Below, piece after piece: positions 26,649 through 35,642 of a stretch of DNA of 64,000 nucleotides. The stretch lies in NCBI GenBank assembly GCA_028686135.1, contig JAQUCP010000013.1, positions 9,565 through 73,564 on the forward strand, written 5' to 3'. Each line of letters starts with the position of its first letter. Position 1 is the first letter of the stretch. The notes beneath the pieces are model-generated. The model did not search any database. It saw only the letters and a list, made by a program, of their open reading frames with translations, and had not been told where the DNA came from. The stretch is from Bacteroidales bacterium (GTDB lineage Bacteria > Bacteroidota > Bacteroidia > Bacteroidales > UBA12481). The position numbers and the translations under genes were made by a program.

Positions 26649-28409
26649 CTAATTCAGGCGCGCAACCGGATATCTGGCCACCCATTTATTCGCTAACCCC
26701 AGCTTGGTGTAAGCAAAATACATCTGAGCCATACGGTTGCCTGCCAGCTTCGGATCAGCTGCAACAGCTTCATCCAACAGTCGCCGAGCCCCTGGATTCT
26801 CATTCAAATAGGCAAAGATTCGGTCTTCAAGCACCGGATGTGGCGAGAACCACTCACGATCCTCAAGACAAGGATCAAAGAAATTCCAACGGAAGTAAGA
26901 ATCGGGTGCCTCTGGTTCTAACATGTTCACAATAAAGTAGTTCGACTCCTGATTTACAGGAACCAGATAATCGCCACGATAGTATTGGATTCGCTGGATC
27001 TCCTTGCGGGTGGTGAAACGATCGTGAAAATGGTGGCCATTACTTGGTCGAGCCGACCACACCAAGTTGTCGATGTAATAAACCTCCACTTCCATGAGCG
27101 AGTCGCGGTCGAGACGGATCATCTCAATCTGGTTGATTTTGAGACGTTCAATCACTTCACTCCAGGCTTGGGGTACCACATAAAAATTGGGAGCAGTGAC
27201 CATCTTGGATGGTTTATACTCATCATAAAAGGGAATAGTGGTGGTAAAAGGTTTGCTGTAGTCATAAATCGACCGCACTTCGCCAGTCAGCGGACTGATG
27301 TCGGTTCCACGTTCAAAGCCTCTAAATTCAATGGTTTCGAATTTGGAGCTATCCAACTCATAATCCAGAGGAAACTCTCTTTTCGTCTTAGCCATCTGCC
27401 GCGATTCTTCTCTTACCTGGAGAATGGCATCCGTGTTCTCATTGGAAAATCCGATCATAGTAATCATGAAATGATACAATCCTTTTACCCGGTCAACATA
27501 GGGTTGATAGCACAGGTTCTCGATCATCTGCGGTAGTGAATGAAAGAGGAGAGTATATCCGGTGGAGAAGCGAGGAGTCTGCACATAAGATTCAATTCCC
27601 TCCTCGGGCGACTGGTTAGTGTACTCAGCGTAGGGGATCATTGGATAGGGCGTAGTAGCCATTTTTTTGTACATCGCCGGGATCATGGTACCCTTAAAGA
27701 AACGTCCTACTGGCTCAGGCATGCTATTGTGCTGTGCAGGTAAATAAGTGACAACATGCTGATGATCAGATCCATTCGTTGCATGAGTATCTAGAAAAAT
27801 ATCGGGATCCCACTGACGGAACAGTTTTACGAACGATTTGGCATTTTCTGTGTCGAGCTTCACAAAATCCCGATTCAGGTCGAGGTTCTTCGCATTTCCG
27901 CGGTAGCCAGGATTGGTAGGCTCCGGCTGGTTGGTCCGGTGCCATGGGTTCTGGTAAAGCAGTCCACCAATGCTATACACTGGAATGATGCACACCACCG
28001 TGCTATCGAGCAGCTGACGCATCCCGTTGTGATTCCGGAGGATGTCATCTGCCACGATCATACTGGCCTCCATGCCGTCAGGTTCGCCCGGATGGATGGC
28101 GTTCATAATCATCACAATGGTCTTCCCCGATTTCCGGATCCGATCAGGATCAAACTGCCGGTCGGCACTCATCACGAACAGATGTAATGGCTTGCCGCAA
28201 TCGGTAAGACCGCCCTCCAACAACCTTGCTTCGGGCCAGGCCTCATCCAGTTTCTGATAATTGGCAATAACTTCATCATAGGTGGATGATATCTTCTGTT
28301 CATAGTTGAGTTGGACTAGAGGCTCATGATCAATAGCTTGCTTAGAGGAAGAGTTGCAACCACCAAAAATTATTGCAGTTAACAAAAGTAGGGAGAGATT
28401 GCGTAGCAT
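26649..28409 (-). CDS. M14-family zinc carboxypeptidase lipoprotein with a C-terminal extension
   Basis: The protein starts MLRNLSLLLLTAIIFGGCNSS (lipobox). It has the HxxE zinc motif in NAIHPGEPDG and a later DTHA. The ATG at 28409 is preferred over the track start at 28490. Confidence 0.8.
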   Translation of the reverse strand: MLRNLSLLLLTAIIFGGCNSSSKQAIDHEPLVQLNYEQKISSTYDEVIANYQKLDEAWPEARLLEGGLTDCGKPLHLFVMSADRQFDPDRIRKSGKTIVMIMNAIHPGEPDGMEASMIVADDILRNHNGMRQLLDSTVVCIIPVYSIGGLLYQNPWHRTNQPEPTNPGYRGNAKNLDLNRDFVKLDTENAKSFVKLFRQWDPDIFLDTHATNGSDHQHVVTYLPAQHNSMPEPVGRFFKGTMIPAMYKKMATTPYPMIPYAEYTNQSPEEGIESYVQTPRFSTGYTLLFHSLPQMIENLCYQPYVDRVKGLYHFMITMIGFSNENTDAILQVREESRQMAKTKREFPLDYELDSSKFETIEFRGFERGTDISPLTGEVRSIYDYSKPFTTTIPFYDEYKPSKMVTAPNFYVVPQAWSEVIERLKINQIEMIRLDRDSLMEVEVYYIDNLVWSARPSNGHHFHDRFTTRKEIQRIQYYRGDYLVPVNQESNYFIVNMLEPEAPDSYFRWNFFDPCLEDREWFSPHPVLEDRIFAYLNENPGARRLLDEAVAADPKLAGNRMAQMYFAYTKLGLANKWVARYPVARLN

Positions 28410-28547
28410 GACATTTGAAAATTTAGTTTTGGTAAAAATAGCGAACTTCCAAGGTTTTCTCCATGCCCTTCTGGTTTTTGATCTAATCATGTGGGGAATT
28501 CTGCATGGGAGGCCGAACTAAGCAGTAGCAGCTCTTGAGCAGCGGGG

Positions 28548-29162
28548 TTAACTCCATAAAGCCTTTATAATCACAAAGATACCGAATGCTATCAGAATAA
28601 CACCGGTAATACGGAACAGTTTTGTCATCAGGTTTTCGTTGACCAGGCGGCGGAGTTTTGCAGAGAATACGATTTTCAGGACATCAAACAAGATGAGAGT
28701 CAGGATTGTAGCTGAAAAATAGTAGAGGATCTGGATACCGGTCAACTTCATGATTGTCACCACGAAAGTCATGGTAGCAAACCAAAACACGAGTACTCCG
28801 GGGTTAAGGGTATTGATAGCGAACCCTTTGATTAGGAGGATGGCAGCCCCTTTACCCGCAAGGGGTTTAACCGTTTCGGTAGGTTTGCGTAGGAAATAGG
28901 TAAGGCCAAAAAAGAGGAAAGCAGCGGCAGCAATCAACTTAAAAACAATGTTATGAGCCAGAGGCTGCATCAGCTCTGCAGCACCATAATAGGCCAGAAC
29001 GATGCATCCAATATCGCTGATCCAAACTCCGGCGTTAAGCAGCAGGGCAGCCCAGACACCTCTTCGCAAAACCGTCTCCATGACAGTGAAAAAGGTTGCT
29101 CCAACATAAACGGTTAAAAGAAGTCCCGTTAGTATTCCTTTTAGCAGAATCAGAAAAATCAT
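28548..29162 (-). CDS. LysE/RhtB-family amino-acid exporter
   Basis: The 204-aa protein has six TM segments. It has an N-terminal LLKGILTGL...G motif and NPGVLVFW typical of the LysE family. Confidence 0.75.
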   Translation of the reverse strand: MIFLILLKGILTGLLLTVYVGATFFTVMETVLRRGVWAALLLNAGVWISDIGCIVLAYYGAAELMQPLAHNIVFKLIAAAAFLFFGLTYFLRKPTETVKPLAGKGAAILLIKGFAINTLNPGVLVFWFATMTFVVTIMKLTGIQILYYFSATILTLILFDVLKIVFSAKLRRLVNENLMTKLFRITGVILIAFGIFVIIKALWS

Positions 29163-29209
29163 ACCCCTAGGCTATTTTTGTAAGAATTTGGGTATCATGT
29201 AATTAGTGA

Positions 29210-30751
29210 TTATCGGGATCTATTTTTCCATTGATCGATAAAGCGTTCCCAATCTTCGGCGTGACCGTTCAGGACTCTTGGGAATTTGTGTTGCCCCCCC
29301 TCTTTGCCTTTATGCTTTAGAAAATCGTAGAAAAGTTGGTTTGGCAGGATTTCGACCAGCACCTCTTTCAGGGCAGCTTTCCGTTCAACAGCATAATCAT
29401 CGTTAACCGACTTCAGGGCTTGGTCGAGTCGTTCCCTGATCTCATCGGGAGAGACCATCGCCTCATCGATTCCGAGGTACCATTTGTGGGCGAAAAGGCC
29501 TTGGTAAGCCATCCCCTGAACGGTAAACTCCCTGATGTCAAATCCGATATCTTCAGAAACAATATGCAATGCTTTAGTCATATTATCAACTGACAGATGT
29601 TCACCGCACAGGCTCAGGAAGTGTTTTGTCCGGCCGGTTATGATAATTTCCGCCCTTTCCTTGTTGGTAATTTTCACTGTATCTCCGATCAAATATCGCC
29701 ATGCTCCAGCGCAGGTAGAGATCAGCAGGGCATACTCTTTACCTTCTTGGACATCTCTGAGGGTCAGTACTTCTGGGTTTTCCACCAGTGTTCCGTCGGT
29801 TGTAAAGTTACTCTGATCAAAAGGAACAAATTCGAAGAAGATCCCATTATTCAAGACCAACTGCATATCGGCACCCTTATCGCGCTGAAAAGCCAGAAAA
29901 CCTTCAGACGCCAAGTAAGTTTCCAGGTAGATGATTTCCTGACCGAGGAGTCGGTTAAAGCTTTTCAGGTAGGGTTCCAGGCTAACGCCTCCGTGGGCAT
30001 ATACTTTAAAATTCGGCCAGATATCATGGATATGGTTAAGGCCATATCGTGCGATCACCTTTTCCAGGAGGATTTGCACCCAAGCAGGCACACCAGAGAT
30101 CCCTCCGATATCCCATTCAGGAGCTTTTTCCACCATCTTATCGATTTTGGTTCCCCAATCCCGCTCACGTGCGAGTGGTCTGCCGGGTTTGTAAAAGCTA
30201 TTGAACCAAAAAGGTAGCCTTCCCGCCATGATTCCGCTCAGATCACCCTCAAAATAGGTAGCCATTTTGTTCAGGGTAGTGGATCCACCGAGCATCAGTA
30301 CTGATTTCTCGTAAAAGCGTGGAGGAAGGTCGTATTCAGCAAGGGCCAACAACTGGCGAATGCCAACCTTGCGAATGGCACGAATCATATCATTGGTGAG
30401 CGGAACACGTTTTGATGAATCGTTAGAGGTACCAGAGGTGAGACCAAAATATCTCACCGTCCCAGGCCAGCAAACATTACGTTGCTCGCCCTTTAGCAAC
30501 TTATGCCACCATTCGGCATAAATCTTTTCGTAATTAAAAATTGGGACCTTCTGTTGAAACCGGGCAACCGGATCTGATAATAAAAGAATCTCATCGAAAT
30601 CGTAGGCTTGGCCAAACTGAGTGTTCCGTGCTTTGCTTAATAATTTCTTGAGGGTTTTTTCCTGAATTTCGTGTCCGATAACATGCTTCTTCTTAATACT
30701 GGCGCTGGTCTTTTTAACCACACCATTAAGCAAAACTCCGACTACTGCCAT
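29210..30751 (-). CDS. Bacterial GH3 ('auxin-responsive promoter') family acyl-acid amido synthetase-like adenylating enzyme
   Basis: The protein is about 513 aa. It has YFGLTSGTSNDSSKRVP (a P-loop-like ANL motif), and its overall layout matches bacteroidetal GH3-family proteins. The ATG at 30751 is preferred; the track start at 30775 is a TTG. Confidence 0.75.
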   Translation of the reverse strand: MAVVGVLLNGVVKKTSASIKKKHVIGHEIQEKTLKKLLSKARNTQFGQAYDFDEILLLSDPVARFQQKVPIFNYEKIYAEWWHKLLKGEQRNVCWPGTVRYFGLTSGTSNDSSKRVPLTNDMIRAIRKVGIRQLLALAEYDLPPRFYEKSVLMLGGSTTLNKMATYFEGDLSGIMAGRLPFWFNSFYKPGRPLARERDWGTKIDKMVEKAPEWDIGGISGVPAWVQILLEKVIARYGLNHIHDIWPNFKVYAHGGVSLEPYLKSFNRLLGQEIIYLETYLASEGFLAFQRDKGADMQLVLNNGIFFEFVPFDQSNFTTDGTLVENPEVLTLRDVQEGKEYALLISTCAGAWRYLIGDTVKITNKERAEIIITGRTKHFLSLCGEHLSVDNMTKALHIVSEDIGFDIREFTVQGMAYQGLFAHKWYLGIDEAMVSPDEIRERLDQALKSVNDDYAVERKAALKEVLVEILPNQLFYDFLKHKGKEGGQHKFPRVLNGHAEDWERFIDQWKNRSR

Positions 30752-30918
30752 TTGTTTGGGATAAGTATCGGGCAAAAATATACTTTTTTTCCTAATTATT
30801 TACCGAAACCATCCCCGGCTGGGCCAAGCAGTTGCAAAGACTGGGGGTTTTAATGTTAAGCATTTTGCTATTGGAATGGGTTTCGACTCAGGGCAAACCT
30901 TGGTATTTCCAGTTTCCG

Positions 30919-30926
30919 TACCTTTG
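30919..30926 (+). promoter_or_regulatory. TAnnTTTG -7 promoter box (TACCTTTG) for trkA-trkH
   Basis: This is an exact motif, 21 nt upstream of the ATG at 30948. Confidence 0.5.
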
Positions 30927-30947
30927 TAGTTTTACTCATTTATCAAA

Positions 30948-31619
30948 ATGACTGGGAAAAAGATTGCGGTAATCGGCCTCGGCCAGTTTGGTCGGGCTAT
31001 TTGCACGGCTCTGACAAACTCCGGAGCAGAAGTGCTGGCTATCGATGCGCGCGAAGAGGTGGTTGACTCCTTTGCCGATAAAGTCACCTCGGCCGTTGCA
31101 CTGGATGCCACGGACAAAAAAGCGCTCCTGAAGGTGAACATCACCGACATGGATGCAGTGGTGGTAGCAATCGGGCAGGATATGGAGCAGCTGCTGCTCT
31201 GTACCGTCCTGCTTCTGGAGCTGAAGGTCAAACGTGTTATCGCACGTGCTACAGGCAAACGTGCCCGGCTGATCCTCGAAAAGATCGGTGCCCACGAAGT
31301 CCTCAGCCCGGAAGAGGAATTTGGACAGATCGTGGCCGAACGTCTGACAAATCCCAATCTCGTTTCCTACTTACAACTGCCTGATAATTATCGGATTGCA
31401 GAAATTACTCCGCCTCGGCAAATCATTGGCCGGACAATTGGGAATATCAGCCTAAGGGAAAAATACCGTCTCTCCTTAATAACGGTAAAATCCATCCATG
31501 ATGAGGGAAGCCATATCGAAGGGGTTGTTGACTACGAATTCAGGATCGAAAACTTCCATACCCTGGTGGTGTTCGGGCTTAACCGCGATCTCGACCGGTT
31601 TGTGACTATCAACGAATAA
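30948..31619 (+). CDS. trkA: TrkA/KtrA-type K+ uptake regulatory subunit (RCK N plus C domains)
   Basis: It has the Rossmann motif KIAVIGLGQFGRAI and a TrkA-C-like C-terminal half. Confidence 0.85.
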   Translation: MTGKKIAVIGLGQFGRAICTALTNSGAEVLAIDAREEVVDSFADKVTSAVALDATDKKALLKVNITDMDAVVVAIGQDMEQLLLCTVLLLELKVKRVIARATGKRARLILEKIGAHEVLSPEEEFGQIVAERLTNPNLVSYLQLPDNYRIAEITPPRQIIGRTIGNISLREKYRLSLITVKSIHDEGSHIEGVVDYEFRIENFHTLVVFGLNRDLDRFVTINE

Positions 31620-31628
31620 CCCGGGCTC

Positions 31629-33446
31629 ATGACCTCACTAAAGGAGATCATTCAGAGCTTCAGGGAAAAAGTCAACCTGAGGCTTTTCGAAAGCAAAGAA
31701 CGCGTCCTAAAGATTCTAACCTGGCTTACCCTGCTATTTTCACTCGGGTCGCTCGTTGCTATCGTCTATTATTATGGATACCCGCAAACCCAAGAATCTC
31801 TGCATGTTGTCCACCTGTTCATCCGGCTGAGCCTCTGGTTTTATATCCTGAAATATTTGATTCGTATCTTCTATGATTTCCACCCGGGGATTTTTATTCG
31901 CGAAAACCGGATGGACGGGATCGTCTTTTTATTTTTGGTCGCCGAACAGGTTCTCTATTTCACTACCGGAGGAGACTACTTCAACAAACTGTTTTCCAGG
32001 CTAATAGACCTCCAATTGGGCGACATCTCGATTCTGGCAGTCCAATTATACTTTTTTATCATCGTCGCGGCTGAACTGGGAAAGGCGGCCTTAAAGATTT
32101 CTAAACTCAGGTTTACCCCAGTTCAACTGCTGGTTCTCTCTTTTCTCGGGCTGATCCTGTTTGGCACAGTGCTATTAAACCTCCCAGAGATGACAACTGC
32201 CGGGATCTCATTCGTCGACTCCCTGTTTACTTCAACCAGTGCGGTCTGCGTGACTGGCCTAGTGGTGGTTGACACCGCCACCGCTTTCACCCACAAAGGC
32301 CACTGGGTAATCATGATCCTGATCCAGCTCGGGGGAATCAATATCCTGGCATTCGCCGCCTTCTTTGCAATTTTCTCTAAGGACTCAGCCAGCCTCAAAT
32401 ACCAGTCGCTCATCAAAGATTTACTCGATACCAGCGAGATGTCAAAATCCAGATCTGTCCTGGGGAATATTATTCTTTTCACCTTGATAATCGAAGCAGT
32501 AGGAATTTTGGCGATGTATTTTTCTTGGGGCAGCAGTGTAGCTTTTGAAGGAGAACGGCACCGCCTCTTCTATTCCTTCTTTCATGCCATCTCCGGATTT
32601 AACAATGCCGGATTCAGCCTCTTCAGCAACAATCTGTACGAAGAGAGCATCCGCCACAACTGGCATGTGCAATCGGTGATTGTGGCTTTGGTCTTTCTGG
32701 GTGGTATCGGATACCCGGTGTTGAACGATCTGGCCACGCTGCCCCGAAGAAAGATACGTTGGCGGGTGTTCTGGAACTACCTTTCCCCGGGATCCAGAAT
32801 AGCCCTCCGAACCACATTCATGCTCTACGGAGCCGGAATGATATTCTTCTTCCTGTTTTATCCATTCGATCTGGGTAGAACTTTCGAGCCCGAACGCCTC
32901 CTTCAGAGTCTTTTCCATTCCGTGATGTCCCACACTGCAGGATTTAACTCTTTGGATATCAGTAGGTTTACTCAACCACTTGTTGTCCTGTTTATGTTGC
33001 TGATGGTCATCGGAGCCTCCCCGGGATCCACCGGCGGGGGGATTAAAACCACCACCTTCGCCGTAGTGGTTAAATCTATCATCTATGGAGTCAGAGGACA
33101 TCGCAACGTGGTCTTTTTCAAACATTCACTCTCCTCGCAGGTCATCCAGCGTGCTGTCTCCATCACCATGTTTTATGCCCTCTTTTTTATCGTGGGCATT
33201 ACCCTGCTAACCATTCTGGAGCCTGACTTACCGCTATCATCCCTGGCTTTTGAGCAAATTTCGGCCCTATCAACAGTCGGGTTAAGCCTAGGCATCACCC
33301 CGTCGCTCAGCGAGCTGAGCAGAATCGTGATTGCCTTATCCATGTTTATTGGTCGTATTGGAACCCTGACGATCATTATGGCTCTGCTTAAGAAAGTCCA
33401 GGTGGTCAATTATACCTATGCCCACACCGAGGTGCAAGTAGGGTAA
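31629..33446 (+). CDS. trkH: TrkH/KtrB-family K+ transporter membrane subunit
   Basis: The 605-aa polytopic protein has selectivity-filter-like motifs: TSAVCVTGL, SGFNNAGFS, HTAGFNS and STVGLSLG. Confidence 0.85.
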   Translation: MTSLKEIIQSFREKVNLRLFESKERVLKILTWLTLLFSLGSLVAIVYYYGYPQTQESLHVVHLFIRLSLWFYILKYLIRIFYDFHPGIFIRENRMDGIVFLFLVAEQVLYFTTGGDYFNKLFSRLIDLQLGDISILAVQLYFFIIVAAELGKAALKISKLRFTPVQLLVLSFLGLILFGTVLLNLPEMTTAGISFVDSLFTSTSAVCVTGLVVVDTATAFTHKGHWVIMILIQLGGINILAFAAFFAIFSKDSASLKYQSLIKDLLDTSEMSKSRSVLGNIILFTLIIEAVGILAMYFSWGSSVAFEGERHRLFYSFFHAISGFNNAGFSLFSNNLYEESIRHNWHVQSVIVALVFLGGIGYPVLNDLATLPRRKIRWRVFWNYLSPGSRIALRTTFMLYGAGMIFFFLFYPFDLGRTFEPERLLQSLFHSVMSHTAGFNSLDISRFTQPLVVLFMLLMVIGASPGSTGGGIKTTTFAVVVKSIIYGVRGHRNVVFFKHSLSSQVIQRAVSITMFYALFFIVGITLLTILEPDLPLSSLAFEQISALSTVGLSLGITPSLSELSRIVIALSMFIGRIGTLTIIMALLKKVQVVNYTYAHTEVQVG

Positions 33447-33452
33447 CAAGAT

Positions 33453-33468
33453 TGTAACATTTGTTACA
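33453..33468. promoter_or_regulatory. Perfect palindrome TGTAAC-ATTT-GTTACA (TGTAA-N6-TTACA), a candidate CRP/FNR-family operator for nrfHA
   Basis: The palindrome is seen directly in the sequence. It lies 70 nt upstream of the nrfH ATG and 7 nt after the trkH stop codon. Confidence 0.4.
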
Positions 33469-33537
33469 TAAGAGATTAGAGGTACAGGGTATTTTTAATT
33501 CCAGAAGTTTGTATCTTTTGGACCTTAGAACCTGACT

Positions 33538-34122
33538 ATGCGCATTATCCGGTTTTTCATTCCGCCTCCGGCCTGGCGATTGCCGGTCATCCTGGCACTA
33601 GCTGTCTTCTCAGGTCTTTTTGTGTTTGCCTTTTATGTTTCCAAAGCCCCCTCCTATCTTTCTGATAAACCGGAGACTTGCGTTAATTGCCATATTATGG
33701 CTCCACAGTATGCTACCTGGTCGCACAACTCACATCGTCAATACACTCATTGCAATGACTGCCACGTACCTCATAATAATATCCTGAACAAATACTACTT
33801 TAAGGCAAAAGACGGGATGAGGCATGCTACCATGTTCACTCTCAGGCTGGAACCGCAGGTTATCCACATCAAAAAAGCAGGCCAAAAGGTGGTCCAGAAT
33901 AACTGTATCCGGTGCCATGAGGACCTCCTGACAGAGGATCCAATTAAAGACCTCACCCGCCAGGCTCACGATTACCGGAAAGAGCGGCAATGCTGGAGCT
34001 GCCACCGGGAGACCCCTCACGGGCGGGTTAACAGCCTCTCGAGTGTTCCCTATGCCCGCGTACCCCTGCCCCAAAGCCCGGTACCAGATTGGCTTAAAAA
34101 ACTGTTGAAAAACGAACAATAA
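33538..34122 (+). CDS. nrfH: Cytochrome c nitrite reductase small subunit NrfH (tetrahaem NapC/NirT family)
   Basis: It has an N-terminal TM helix and four CXXCH motifs: CVNCH, CNDCH, CIRCH and CWSCH. Confidence 0.92.
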   Translation: MRIIRFFIPPPAWRLPVILALAVFSGLFVFAFYVSKAPSYLSDKPETCVNCHIMAPQYATWSHNSHRQYTHCNDCHVPHNNILNKYYFKAKDGMRHATMFTLRLEPQVIHIKKAGQKVVQNNCIRCHEDLLTEDPIKDLTRQAHDYRKERQCWSCHRETPHGRVNSLSSVPYARVPLPQSPVPDWLKKLLKNEQ

Positions 34123-34130
34123 CTACCCCG

Positions 34131-35603
34131 ATGAAATCGATACCCGAATTACTCAAAGAAAAACCCTGGCTCGGCTGGCTCATTTTTGGCGGAACACTCG
34201 CAATCGTTTTCCTCCTCGGACTCATTGCCTCCTCCATCGTCCAACGTAGAGCAGAAGCCAGTTTTGCGTACGCCCCTCTGAACGAATTCTCGCAGTTTGA
34301 ATCCAATAGCGCCGTCTGGGGAGAGAATTACCCGCGCCAGTATCAATCTTACCTAAGAACTGCAGATACTTCATTTACAAGTCAATATGGCGGCTCAGCC
34401 ATGCGAGACATGCTGGAAGAGGACCCGCGCTTGGTAGTTCTGTGGGCTGGATACTCTTTCTCCAAAGAGTATAACCAGGGCCGCGGCCATCAGAACGCCA
34501 TCACCGATATCCATAATATCCTCCGAACCGGCGGTCCAGGCCCGGGAAAACCAAGCCCTCAGCCTAACACCTGCTGGACATGCAAAGGTCCGGATGTTCC
34601 CCGCCTGATGAATGAACTGGGCATCGCCGAGTTTTATCGAGGCACCTGGGATACCAAAGGCTCAGAAGTGACTCACCCCATCGGTTGTGCCGACTGCCAC
34701 GATGCGAAAACAATGAACCTGAGAATATCCCGACCTGCACTGGTGGAAGCCTACGAAAGACAAGGCAAGGATATCACCCAAGCCTCCCATCAGGAGATGC
34801 GGAGCCTGGTCTGCGCCCAATGCCACGTCGAATACTATTTTAACAAAAATAAAGTCGAAGGTGTTGACTATCTGACATTTCCGTGGGACAAAGGCACTAG
34901 CGTCGATTCAATAGAGGCCTATTATGATCAGTATGAATTTTCCGACTGGACCCATGGAATCAGCAAAGCTCCGATGTTGAAAGCACAGCACCCCGATCAT
35001 GAGCTGTTCCTGATGGGAACCCACTCCAGCAGAGGCGTTGCCTGTGCCGATTGCCATATGCCTTACAAAAGTGAAGGAAGCCAAAAATTCACCGACCATC
35101 ACGTCCAGAGTCCGCTGAATAATGTCGCTAACTCATGCCAGGTCTGCCACCGAGAAGAGACCGACAAACTGGTCCAGGATGTATATTTTAGACAGGAAAA
35201 GCTGGTAGAAAATCGCGATAAACTCGAAATTCTGCTCGTCAAAGCGCATGTCGAAGCCGGGAAAGCCTGGGAACTAGGTGCTGATGAGGAAAAAATGAAA
35301 CCGATTCTTCACAATATTCGCCGCGCCCAGTGGCGCTGGGACTTCGTTGCCGCCAGCCATGGTGCATCATTCCATGCACCAGTCGAAACAGCCCGAATCA
35401 TAGCCGCCGGGATTGACCTGGCTGGCCAAGCCCGCGTTGAACTGGCCCGCACCTTGTCCAACCTGGGATGGACCCACGAGGTACCCTACCCTGATATTGA
35501 TACCAAAGAGAAAGCCCAGAAGTATATTGGGCTGGACATGAAGGCATTAAACGAAGAAAAAAACCAGTTCCTTCGCGAGGTATTACCCGAGTGGACCAAG
35601 TAA
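34131..35603 (+). CDS. nrfA: Ammonia-forming pentahaem cytochrome c nitrite reductase NrfA
   Basis: The active-site haem motif is CWTCK (34572-34586). It also has CADCH, CAQCH, CADCH and CQVCH. Confidence 0.95.
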   Translation: MKSIPELLKEKPWLGWLIFGGTLAIVFLLGLIASSIVQRRAEASFAYAPLNEFSQFESNSAVWGENYPRQYQSYLRTADTSFTSQYGGSAMRDMLEEDPRLVVLWAGYSFSKEYNQGRGHQNAITDIHNILRTGGPGPGKPSPQPNTCWTCKGPDVPRLMNELGIAEFYRGTWDTKGSEVTHPIGCADCHDAKTMNLRISRPALVEAYERQGKDITQASHQEMRSLVCAQCHVEYYFNKNKVEGVDYLTFPWDKGTSVDSIEAYYDQYEFSDWTHGISKAPMLKAQHPDHELFLMGTHSSRGVACADCHMPYKSEGSQKFTDHHVQSPLNNVANSCQVCHREETDKLVQDVYFRQEKLVENRDKLEILLVKAHVEAGKAWELGADEEKMKPILHNIRRAQWRWDFVAASHGASFHAPVETARIIAAGIDLAGQARVELARTLSNLGWTHEVPYPDIDTKEKAQKYIGLDMKALNEEKNQFLREVLPEWTK

Positions 35604-35642
35604 AAACAAAAGCCACCGGCGTGGATTTTGAATATTTCAATC

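Noticed and set aside
33453-33468. Reading the TGTAAC/GTTACA palindrome purely as the trkH terminator
   Set aside because: It has only a 6-bp AT-rich stem with a 4-nt loop and no U-tract. An operator interpretation fits better, so it is kept as a low-confidence regulatory site instead.
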